Assembly: GCA_003222675.1 (NCBI GenBank)
Contig: QHWT01000072.1
Location: 29,110 to 93,109 of the forward strand
Direction: 5' to 3'
DNA from: Acidobacteriota bacterium
GTDB taxonomy: Bacteria; Acidobacteriota; Vicinamibacteria; Vicinamibacterales; 2-12-FULL-66-21
DNA: 64,000 nucleotides
This document shows, in pieces, positions 19,545 through 27,475 of this stretch; position 1 is the stretch's first letter, and the number at the start of each line of letters is the position of its first letter. The notes beneath the pieces are model-generated. The model had not been told where the DNA came from. It did no database searches and worked only from the letters and a program-made list of their open reading frames with translations. A program made the position numbers and the translations under genes.

Positions 19545-19685
19545 GGGCGAACGTCACGCGAGGGTATTGGCTGATCCCGCGCGAACGCGCGGAACACCGC
19601 TTCCCGGTCACCGGCGTCCATGCATGGTCATCGATTGCGGCACGAGGTCGCCGTCGCGTGATGAGCGTTGCGAACGAAAGGTACC

Positions 19686-20531
19686 CTATCTGCAGCACTC
19701 AGAGGTACAGCAACTCGTGACGTCAGGTTTGCGGGCGCGCACGAACGCGCTTGCGACCCGCCCGTCGATCGTCGGCGCGAGGCGGTCGACGTCGACGCCG
19801 GTCTCCATCAAAAACGCGCGCGCGTCCTCGACTTTGTAGACGCGCCACGGTTCGACGGTCACGTCCGCGAATCCCGCCGCCATCAGCCTCGAGGCGTACT
19901 CGGACTCCTCCAGCGCGCCGGCGATGCAGCCGACCCACAGCTCCATGCTGCGGCGAATGTCTGCGGGCACATCGCCGCGGACGATGACGTCCGAAACGGC
20001 AAAGCGGCCGTTCGGTTTCAGCACGCGAAATGCTTCGCGCAGCACTGCATCCTTGTCGGTCGACAGGTTGATCACGCAGTTCGAGATGATGACGTCGACC
20101 GAGTTGTCGGGCAGCGGAATAGCTTCGATGGTGCCTTTCAGGAACTCCACGTTCGTGGCGCCGGCCTTGCGCTGGTTCTCGCGCGCGAGCGCCAGCATCT
20201 CGTCCGTCATGTCGAGGCCGTACGCCTTGCCGGCGGGACCGACCCGCTTCGCGGAGAGCAGCACGTCGATGCCGCCGCCCGATCCGAGATCGAGCACCGT
20301 CTGACCGGGCTCGAGCGTGACCAGGGCCGTCGGGTTGCCGCACCCGAGTGAGGCGGTCACCGCATCGGCGGGCAAGCCATTGGTCTCCGCATCGGAATAC
20401 AGATTCGAGCTAATCGGGTCGCCGCAGCCGCACGCTGCGGGAGCGCAACAGCCGGAGTTCGCTGACGTCGTGGCAACGGCCGTCGCAATCGCACCGTATC
20501 GCTCTCGAATCGCCTGACTGATGTCCGCCAT
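19686..20531 (-). CDS. arsM: arsenite S-adenosylmethionine methyltransferase
   Basis: A 281-aa ORF with N-terminal Cys pairs (SGCCAPAACGCG), LGCGNP, and the SAM motif VLDLGSGGGIDV. It also shows VIISNCVINL and a Cys-rich C-terminus. Confidence 0.85.
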   Translation of the reverse strand: MADISQAIRERYGAIATAVATTSANSGCCAPAACGCGDPISSNLYSDAETNGLPADAVTASLGCGNPTALVTLEPGQTVLDLGSGGGIDVLLSAKRVGPAGKAYGLDMTDEMLALARENQRKAGATNVEFLKGTIEAIPLPDNSVDVIISNCVINLSTDKDAVLREAFRVLKPNGRFAVSDVIVRGDVPADIRRSMELWVGCIAGALEESEYASRLMAAGFADVTVEPWRVYKVEDARAFLMETGVDVDRLAPTIDGRVASAFVRARKPDVTSCCTSECCR

Positions 20532-20607
20532 CGAAAACTCCTTATATGCGTTAACACGAATATATGAGAGTCTATTCGAGTTATGATATATATGTCAAGG
20601 CGAATAT
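20532..20607. promoter_or_regulatory. AT-rich divergent arsM/arsR promoter-operator region
   Basis: This is the only strongly AT-rich stretch nearby. CGAATATATGA is directly repeated at 20557-20567 and 20601-20611. There are TATATG words and an imperfect palindrome centred on GTTAAC (20549-20554). Confidence 0.45.
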
Positions 20608-21012
20608 ATGACCAGCCCGCTCGATGACATGGAACGGCTCTTCAAGGCGCTCGCAGACAGGACCCGGCTGCGAATCCTCGGCCTCCTGTTGACCGGCGAA
20701 GTGTGCGTCTGCGACATCCACCAGGCGCTCAAAATCCCGCAGCCGAAAGCCTCGCGTCATCTCGCGTATCTTCGCCGGGCGGGGCTGGTCGACACGCGCC
20801 GCGAAGGGCTCTGGATTCACTATCGGATGGCGCATCTCTCGAATCCGGTGCTCGTGGCCGTCGGCGACGCCGTGCGCCATGCGCTCACGCATATGGACGC
20901 CGTGCATCGCGATGCGGAACGGCTTCAGCGGAAGACCGGCTGTTGTCTCCCAGCGCCCGGTGACGTGGTGGGCGCACCGTGTTGCGCCGCTCCCTTCGTC
21001 ACTTCCCCGTGA
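20608..21012 (+). CDS. arsR: ArsR/SmtB-family metalloregulator
   Basis: A 134-aa ORF with LADRTRLRILGLLLTGEVCVCDI (wHTH with a CVC metalloid site) and HLAYLRRAGLV. It is divergent from arsM. Confidence 0.85.
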   Translation: MTSPLDDMERLFKALADRTRLRILGLLLTGEVCVCDIHQALKIPQPKASRHLAYLRRAGLVDTRREGLWIHYRMAHLSNPVLVAVGDAVRHALTHMDAVHRDAERLQRKTGCCLPAPGDVVGAPCCAAPFVTSP

Positions 21013-21074
21013 GCCATCCGACAACCGACACCCGGCCTCCGACAGCCAACCTCCGATGATAGGCTGCCGTACGC

Positions 21075-23054
21075 ATGGAACTCGTGGGCGATCTCACGCT
21101 CGTGCTGGTGGCGGCGCTCGTCGGCGCCTTCCTCGCGCAGCGATTCAAACAGCCGCTGATCGTCGGCTACATTCTTGCCGGCGTGGTCGTGGGTCCGTTC
21201 ACCGGCGGACTCACGGTCGTCAACGTCCACGACATCGAGCAACTGGCCGAGATCGGCGTTGCTCTCCTGCTGTTCTCGTTGGGCCTGGAAGTCTCGTTTC
21301 GCGAGCTCGCACCGGTGCGCACCGTCGCACTCGCGGGGGCGACGCTCCAGATCGTGCTCACGATCGCCTTCGGTCATGGCATCGGCCTCGCGTTCGGGTG
21401 GCCATGGCCCGCCTCGCTGTGGTTCGGCGCGCTCATCTCGCTGTCGAGCACGATGGTTGCGCTCAAGACGCTCCAGGCGCAGGGGCGCCTCGGGACGCTG
21501 TCCAGCCGTGTGATGCTGGGCATCCTCGTCGTGCAGGACCTCGCGGTCGTCCCGATGATGATCGTCCTGCCGGAATTGAGCGCGTCGCGTGGGGGCGTCA
21601 TCCCCGTCGTTGCCGCGACCGCCCGTGCGGTCGTGCTCCTTGGCGTCATTGTGTTCGTGTCGACACGCATCGTCCCGCGCGTCATGGCGTTCGTCGCGCG
21701 GTGGAACTCGCGCGAGCTGTTTCTGCTCTCGACGACGACCGCGGCGCTCGGCGTGGGCTACGTGACTTGGTCGTTCGGGTTGTCGCTCGCGCTGGGCGCG
21801 TTCATTGCGGGGCTCGTGATCAACGAGTCGGAGTACGCGCACCAGGCACTCAGCGACGTCATCCCGCTGCGCGACGTGTTCGGCATGCTGTTCTTCGTGT
21901 CACAAGGCATGCTGCTCGATCCCGCGCAGGTCTGGCAGCATCTCGGCACGCTCGCGGTCGTCCTGGTCGCGGTGATCTTCGGCAAGTCCGCGATCCTGGC
22001 CGCGGTTGTCCGCGTTTTCGGTTACCGGAACGTCGTGCCGCTGGCGGTTGGGTTGACGCTCTTCCAGGTCGGCGAGTTTGCGTTCGTGCTGGCGCGCGTG
22101 GGGCAGTCGACCGGCGCGATCCCGAACGATCTCTACTCGCTGATGCTGAACACCGCGATTGCCACCATGGCCCTCACGCCTGCCATTTCGGGCCTGACGC
22201 CCGCGGTTTACGCCCGTGTGCATCGGCGGCGGGCGCGCGAAACACTGGAAGCGATCAATATTCCGGCCGGGGGACTCGCGGATCACATCATCATTGCCGG
22301 CTCGGGACGTGTCGGGCGCAGCGTCGCCGATGCGCTCTGGCAGTTGAAGGTGCCGTGCGTAGTGATCGAGCTCGACGATCGCAGGGTCCAGCACGCGCGT
22401 GTGGCGGGGTTGCCGGTGATCTACGGCGACGCGAGCCAGAGCATCGTGCTCGAAGCGGCCGCTATCAGTCGCGCCCGCGCGATTCTCGTCACCGTGCCGG
22501 CGTTTCCAGACGTCCGCAGCATTGTGACGACCGCGCGGCAACTCCAGCCCGACCTGGCGATCATCGCGAGGGCTGATGGACGCGAGGCCGTTCAGGCGCT
22601 TTACGCGCTCGGGATCGAGGAAGTGACCTCGCCGGAATTCGAGGCGGCCATCGAAATGACACGCCAGGCGCTCATCCACTGCAACGTGCCCGCGCACGAG
22701 ATCCTCCGGGTCGCGAGCGCCATCCGCCGCCAGCGGTATGACCTGGCCGGCGGCGATCCCGAGTCGGGCCGCGGGTTGATGTCACAGATCGGCGAAGTCG
22801 CGCGTCAGCTCGACTTCACGTGGGTGGGCATTCCGCCTGACAGCCAGTTCCATGGACGCAGCCTGCGGGAGCTTCGCATTCGGACGGCGATCGGCGCATC
22901 GATCGTCGGCATCATTCACGCCGCCACACTGGTGCCGAATCCCGCCAGCGAGGTGCGCCTCGAGACCGGTGACCTGGTCGCGGTGCTCGGCACACGCGAG
23001 CAGATCGCGCTTTTCGAACAGGCGGCGCGCCTGGGCCTTTCACCCGTAACCTGA
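21075..23054 (+). CDS. CPA2-family monovalent cation:proton antiporter with two RCK/TrkA domains (YbaL/Kef-like)
   Basis: A 659-aa ORF. It has an N-terminal 12-13 TM Na_H_exchanger domain (QPLIVGYILAGVVVGP), then IIIAGSGRVGRSV (TrkA-N) and a C-terminal TrkA-C domain. Confidence 0.85.
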   Translation: MELVGDLTLVLVAALVGAFLAQRFKQPLIVGYILAGVVVGPFTGGLTVVNVHDIEQLAEIGVALLLFSLGLEVSFRELAPVRTVALAGATLQIVLTIAFGHGIGLAFGWPWPASLWFGALISLSSTMVALKTLQAQGRLGTLSSRVMLGILVVQDLAVVPMMIVLPELSASRGGVIPVVAATARAVVLLGVIVFVSTRIVPRVMAFVARWNSRELFLLSTTTAALGVGYVTWSFGLSLALGAFIAGLVINESEYAHQALSDVIPLRDVFGMLFFVSQGMLLDPAQVWQHLGTLAVVLVAVIFGKSAILAAVVRVFGYRNVVPLAVGLTLFQVGEFAFVLARVGQSTGAIPNDLYSLMLNTAIATMALTPAISGLTPAVYARVHRRRARETLEAINIPAGGLADHIIIAGSGRVGRSVADALWQLKVPCVVIELDDRRVQHARVAGLPVIYGDASQSIVLEAAAISRARAILVTVPAFPDVRSIVTTARQLQPDLAIIARADGREAVQALYALGIEEVTSPEFEAAIEMTRQALIHCNVPAHEILRVASAIRRQRYDLAGGDPESGRGLMSQIGEVARQLDFTWVGIPPDSQFHGRSLRELRIRTAIGASIVGIIHAATLVPNPASEVRLETGDLVAVLGTREQIALFEQAARLGLSPVT

Positions 23055-23124
23055 GGCTCGAAAGGGCCGTCACGCGACGCGTCTCGGACTCTGTGCAATG
23101 ACTGAGCGACGTCACAATCGGCTG

Positions 23125-23480
23125 ATGTCGCCCTCGGCATCAGCACCAGCAAGAGATTCTTTTTTTGCCAGATGTCTGCGTAAGTACAACGCTCGCCATC
23201 GATCGCCGTCACGCTGAAGTGAGGAACAAGACGCCTACATTTCTACAGTCCGGGACCACATCGCCGACCTGACAATGCACGACACCAGTTGCGTGATCAC
23301 CGGCGATGACATCGCGGGTGTGCGGGCTCCGGCAATTGTCATCGCAGATCGATGGGGAGAGGTCGCATTCGTCGCGCTGAAGTGGAATCCGCAGCAGACC
23401 TGCCGCACGTTGACGCCAACATCGAGTGGCTTCGGCATGTGCAGGGCCGATGCCCGGAGTGCGAGGGGGAAGCGCGATAG
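23125..23480 (+). pseudogene. small redoxin (AhpC/TSA-like) gene disrupted by an apparent in-place inversion (about 23135-23217) and a frameshift near 23375
   Basis: The N-terminal piece is on the minus strand (V)TAIDGERCTYADIWQKKNLLLVLMP. The next piece is on the plus strand SEEQDAYISTVRDHIADLTMHDTSCVITGDDIAGVRAPAIVIADRWGEVAFVA. The family-like tail AEVESAADLPHVDANIEWLRHVQGRCPECEGEAR-stop (23478-23480) is in another plus frame. Confidence 0.5.
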
Positions 23481-23599
23481 CGACGCCGGCAGCGCGTTGG
23501 TCGGCGGAACGGACCAGAAGGTCGGCCAGGAAGCGATCAAGCGCTTCGATGATCTGATGAAGCAGCTGAAGGCGATAGAAGCCACCCTGCCGCGATGAC

Positions 23600-23845
23600 G
23601 AAGGTGACCACGGCTGTTCCGAAGGACACGGATCCACAAACGAAACAACGAAGGTAGCGAAGACGAACGGAGGCACGTTCGTCGCCGCGCAGCCCATGAC
23701 GGTCGTATCATGCGCGGCCGAAGCAGCTTCATTGACCTCCGTTCCCTCCGTTGCTTCGTGTTTGAAATCCGTTGCCTTCGAGTGCTTCGGCTCCTCCCGT
23801 CTTCGTCTTCCTCCGTTTGCTCCCGGTCACAGCGGAACATCCAGC
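23600..23845. repeat. imperfect long palindromic REP-like element
   Basis: Arms such as AACGAAACAACGAAGG...GCGAAGACGAACGGAGG face CCTCCGTTCCCTCCGTTGCTTCGTGTTTG...CCTCCCGTCTTCGTCTTCCTCCGTTTGC. Confidence 0.5.
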
Positions 23846-24296
23846 GAATTTGAAGTCCTGCTCGAGGCGCGCCTTCAGCGCGCGCAAGGTGTGGTCCGCG
23901 CCCTTCCGCGCGCGCGACCGCGCGATCGCGCGTTTGACGCTTCCCAGCACGCCGCTCAAGGCGTCGACACGCGAGCGATTGATGTAGATGACGCGCGTCC
24001 GCGGGGCCGACGGCGTGGAGAGGTCGGGTCGCGATATTCGAGAAGGGCGGAGTCTCCGTGCGCGAGGTAACGCGCGGCGTAGGCGACGAGATACTGTCGA
24101 TACGCGTCGGCGATGCGCGACGCGCCGTCAGTGCCGGAGGCCTGGACGGAGCGAATGCGCTCGATACCCGCGACGTCGAGCTTCACCGCGCAGTCGCCCG
24201 TGCAGCACCCTCGCAGATCATCGACGTCCCGTCCGCGATCTGTAATACCGCGATGTTGGTCCACCGCGCAAGAAGCGCCGTCCAGTCTGCAGTCAT
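23729..24296 (-). pseudogene. minus-strand coding signal of unknown family spread over three reading frames (two apparent frameshifts)
   Basis: Third-position GC favours MTADWTALLARWTNIAVLQIADG first. It then favours ...DDLRGCCTGDCAVKLDVAGIERIRSVQASGTDGASRIADAYRQYLVAYAARYLAHGDSALLEY, and finally ...TRVIYINRSRVDALSGVLGSVKRAIARSRARKGADHTLRALKARLEQDFKF. The tail runs into the REP element. Confidence 0.3.
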
Positions 24297-24367
24297 CTCC
24301 GCCGTCTAGCGGCTCCACGGCGGCACGACTTTGGTGCGTCTGAACGCTATGTGCAAAGATCTTCGGG

Positions 24368-25372
24368 ATGCACGACGTCATCGTGATCGGGGCAGGGCCC
24401 GTTGGCCTGGCCTGCGCAATCGAAGCGGATCGGGCAGGCCTTCGCGCGTCGGTGATTGAAAAAGAAGCGCTCGTCAATTCACTCGTCGGCTATCCGGCGA
24501 AGATGGAATTCTTTTCAACGCCGGAGCTCATCGAGATCGGCGGCTATCCATTTCCGGTCCAGGGATACAAGCCGACGCGCGAAGAGGCAATCGAGTATTA
24601 CCGAGGGGTCATGGAGCGCGCGGCAATCGACGTGCGGCTCTACGAGCGCGTGCTGACCGTCAGCGGCGAGCGCGGCGACTTTACCGTCGTGACGAGCAGA
24701 GGCGAGCACCGCGCCCGACACGTGATTGTCTCGACGGGCTTCTTTGATCGACCAAACCTGATGAACGTACCCGGCGAGGGTCTCCCGAAGGTCACGCATT
24801 ACTACAGGGAGCCGTATCAGTACGTCCGCCAGAGAGTCGCCGTCATTGGCGCGCGAAATTCCGCGGCGAAGGCGGCGCTCGACTGCTATCGGCACGGCGC
24901 CGAGGTGACCCTCATCGTCCGCGCGTCCAAGCTCTCCGACAAGATCAAATATTGGATCAAGCCTGATCTCGAGAACCGGATCAAAGAGGGCAGCATCCGC
25001 GCGCACTTCAACACCGTCATCGAAGAGATTCGCGAATCATCAGTCGTGATGCGCGCGCCAGACGGCGTCCGCGACGTCGACAACGACTGGGTGATCGCGA
25101 TGACGGGCTACCATCCGGATTACGAGTTTCTCGAAGCGCTGGGACTCCGCATCGCAGACGATGCCTATCGGACGCCGGTCTTCGACGCCGCGACGTTCGA
25201 GACGACGCGGCCTGGCGTGTATCTGGCGGGGACGGTCTGTGGCGGCTACCGGACGGGTCGGTGGTTCATCGAGAATGGCCGCTTCCACGCGAACCAGATC
25301 GTCAAGCACATTGGAGGACTCGCTCCCGAGCCCATTCCGTTCGAAGCGATTCATTGGAAAACCGAGGAGTAG
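24368..25372 (+). CDS. ypdA: YpdA-family putative bacillithiol disulfide reductase
   Basis: A 334-aa ORF with MHDVIVIGAGPVGLACAIEA, FFSTPELIEIGGYPF, VAVIGARNSAAKAALD and GRWFIENGRFHA. Confidence 0.85.
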   Translation: MHDVIVIGAGPVGLACAIEADRAGLRASVIEKEALVNSLVGYPAKMEFFSTPELIEIGGYPFPVQGYKPTREEAIEYYRGVMERAAIDVRLYERVLTVSGERGDFTVVTSRGEHRARHVIVSTGFFDRPNLMNVPGEGLPKVTHYYREPYQYVRQRVAVIGARNSAAKAALDCYRHGAEVTLIVRASKLSDKIKYWIKPDLENRIKEGSIRAHFNTVIEEIRESSVVMRAPDGVRDVDNDWVIAMTGYHPDYEFLEALGLRIADDAYRTPVFDAATFETTRPGVYLAGTVCGGYRTGRWFIENGRFHANQIVKHIGGLAPEPIPFEAIHWKTEE

Positions 25373-25645
25373 GTCGTGTGCTGTACCGGAATGAGACTCG
25401 GCCTTTGCACATAAATCCTCAGGAATAGGCCTCCCCGCGGGTCAGGTGTTCAACAACAGAACTGCAGGTTCGCGCCGAAACGGAACAGCTCCCCCCATCG
25501 CCCCCTGCCAGCCGTCGCGTCCTGGTAGACCATAACCACATTCAATGCAGTAGTTTAAAGCCATCGTCGCAACATAACGCTGTGCTGGCTGATGAATTGC
25601 TGAGCAGCCACTGCGGTCGACTCTATCTCAACGGACTGACCCTAT

Positions 25646-27436
25646 ATGCATGCAACATTGCGACGTCCCTTTGTTCGCGGGCGATTCGTGGCGCTCGCCA
25701 TCGCTCTCGTATGGCTGGCTTCAGGGACTCACGGCTTTACGGCCCCAGCATCGGACGATTCCGGTACGCGGAAGCTCGATGCGCACCTGCGGCAGGCGAT
25801 CGATCGCGATGGCGACGATCTCGCCGAGCGCGTCATCGTCCAGGTCGAGGCCGGCGCGGCGGACAGCGTCGAGGCGGCGTTGAAGAGTCGCGGTGAAAAA
25901 CCGCTTCGCTACCATCCGGGCATCGGCGCATTCACGGTGCGTTCAAAGCACCTGCTCGCGCTTGCAAAACATCCCGGAGTCAAATCCATTTCCATCGACG
26001 CGCCGCTCGAGGCGCTTCAGATCGCTCCGCTGGCTGTGCTGACGACGGAACAGATCGTTCGCGATTCGGTGAGCATCTCGGGCACGTGGACGGGCGCAGG
26101 CGTCGGCGTTGCGCTGATCGACTCGGGGATCGAGCCGTCGGTCGACTTCACCGGGCGGATCAGCGCGTTCTACGACTTCACGCGAGGAGGGATTGCCACC
26201 GCGCCGTTTGACGACTACGGCCACGGCACCCACGTCGCGGGACTGATTGGCGGATCCGGAGTCCTCAGCAACGGCGCCTACGCGGGCCTTGCGCCCGACG
26301 TGAAGTTCGTCGTGCTCAAGGCGCTCAACAGCACCGGCGGCGGATACACCAGCGACGTCATCAGCGCGATCGAGTTCGCGACGGCAAACCGCGCGGCGCT
26401 CGGCATCGATGTGATGAACCTGTCACTCGGTCATCCGCCCTTTGAGAGCGCGTCGACCGATCCGCTGGTGCGGGCAGTTGAAGCGGCCGTCCGCGCCGGC
26501 ATCGTCGTCGTGGCCTCCGCGGGCAACTACGGCCGGAACGCCACCACGAACGAGATTGGATACGGCGGAATTGCGTCTCCCGGCAACGCGCCGTCGGCGC
26601 TGACGGTCGGATCATTCATGACCGAGGACACACTGCGCCGGTCCGACGATCGCATGAACGGATTCAGCTCGCGCGGTCCGTCGTACTTCGACGCGTTCGC
26701 CAAACCCGACATCGTGGCGCCCGGCTACAAGCTGATCGCAAACGCGGCGAAGCAGAGCACGCTCTACAACACATACCCCAGCCTGCGCGTGTCGGGTACA
26801 AGCGGCGGCGATTACATGATGCTGAGCGGCACCAGCATGGCGGCTGGCGTGACATCGGGCGTCGTTGCGCAGCTGATCCAGGCGAACCGTTCGACGAACC
26901 TCACGCGCGCGCTGCCGCCGAATGCCATCAAGGCGGTGCTGCAGCATACAGCGCTGCGCTTGCACGATGACACTGGCGCGGAATACGACGCGATGACTCA
27001 AGGCGCGGGCGCCCTCAACGGCGCAGGGGCGATCAACTTTGCGCGCGGCGTCAAGAACGCGACTGCGGTCGCTTCATCATGGCTGGACGCCGCGTTGTCG
27101 CCCGATCCCGGCTCGTCAACGATCGACGGCGAGACGGTGGTCTGGGGGAACACGGTCGTGTGGGGCAACACCGTGGTGTGGGGGAACACCATCGGCATCA
27201 ACCAGGCAGCCTGGGCGAACACCGTCGTCTGGGGCAACACGGTCGTCTGGGGAAATACGGTCGTGTGGGGCAACAACGTCGTGACCGATAACACGGTCGT
27301 CTGGGGCAACACGGTCGTGTGGGGCAACGCTGTTCTCGAGGGCAACACCGTCGTCTGGGGCAACAACGATCTCAGTGGCGCGACGGCGAGCAATGCCGTG
27401 CTCGGGAGCAACACGCTGATCAACGCGGTGCGCTGA
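25646..27436 (+). CDS. secreted S8-family (subtilisin-like) serine peptidase with C-terminal NTVVWG hexapeptide repeat domain
   Basis: A 596-aa ORF with a signal peptide. The catalytic triad contexts are VALIDSGI, HGTHVAGLIGG and SGTSMAAGVTSG. Confidence 0.85.
   Translation: MHATLRRPFVRGRFVALAIALVWLASGTHGFTAPASDDSGTRKLDAHLRQAIDRDGDDLAERVIVQVEAGAADSVEAALKSRGEKPLRYHPGIGAFTVRSKHLLALAKHPGVKSISIDAPLEALQIAPLAVLTTEQIVRDSVSISGTWTGAGVGVALIDSGIEPSVDFTGRISAFYDFTRGGIATAPFDDYGHGTHVAGLIGGSGVLSNGAYAGLAPDVKFVVLKALNSTGGGYTSDVISAIEFATANRAALGIDVMNLSLGHPPFESASTDPLVRAVEAAVRAGIVVVASAGNYGRNATTNEIGYGGIASPGNAPSALTVGSFMTEDTLRRSDDRMNGFSSRGPSYFDAFAKPDIVAPGYKLIANAAKQSTLYNTYPSLRVSGTSGGDYMMLSGTSMAAGVTSGVVAQLIQANRSTNLTRALPPNAIKAVLQHTALRLHDDTGAEYDAMTQGAGALNGAGAINFARGVKNATAVASSWLDAALSPDPGSSTIDGETVVWGNTVVWGNTVVWGNTIGINQAAWANTVVWGNTVVWGNTVVWGNNVVTDNTVVWGNTVVWGNAVLEGNTVVWGNNDLSGATASNAVLGSNTLINAVR
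27131..27361 (+). repeat. in-frame 18-bp tandem repeat (about 13 units, consensus AACACGGTCGTGTGGGGC = NTVVWG)
   Basis: The peptide reads ETVVWGNTVVWGNTVVWGNTIGINQAAWANTVVWGNTVVWGNTVVWGNNVVTDNTVVWGNTVVWGNAVLEGNTVVWGNN. It lies within the S8 peptidase ORF. Confidence 0.85.
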
Positions 27437-27475
27437 CGATGAGCGGACCGCGCCCGCTGGGGATTCGTCGGTAAC

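Noticed and set aside
20879-22576. A 565-aa plus-strand ORF overlapping the CPA2 antiporter in another frame. Similar long alternative-frame or antisense ORFs occur at 17173-18384, 27592-28635, 27611-28681, 30106-31062, 35493-36617, 37981-39180, 43720-45456 and 56534-57652.
   Set aside because: High GC content suppresses stop codons in non-coding frames. All of these are Arg/Ala/Pro-rich, lack motifs, and overlap genes with clear family signatures.
22916-23212. The 98-aa minus-strand ORF taken as an independent gene.
   Set aside because: Only its first ~26 codons look protein-like, and these are explained as the inverted N-terminus of the redoxin-like gene. The remainder overlaps the 3' end of the CPA2 antiporter gene in antisense.
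25373-25645. The relatively AT-richer 273-nt gap upstream of the S8 protease considered as a possible riboswitch or sRNA.
   Set aside because: I could not identify conserved riboswitch cores or a stable structure by eye. It is most simply a promoter and leader region. I left it uncalled.
27131-27361. Regular 18-bp repeats that could superficially suggest a CRISPR-like or satellite array.
   Set aside because: The units are contiguous with no spacers, lie in frame within the S8 protease ORF, and encode a consistent hexapeptide. This is a protein repeat, not a CRISPR array.
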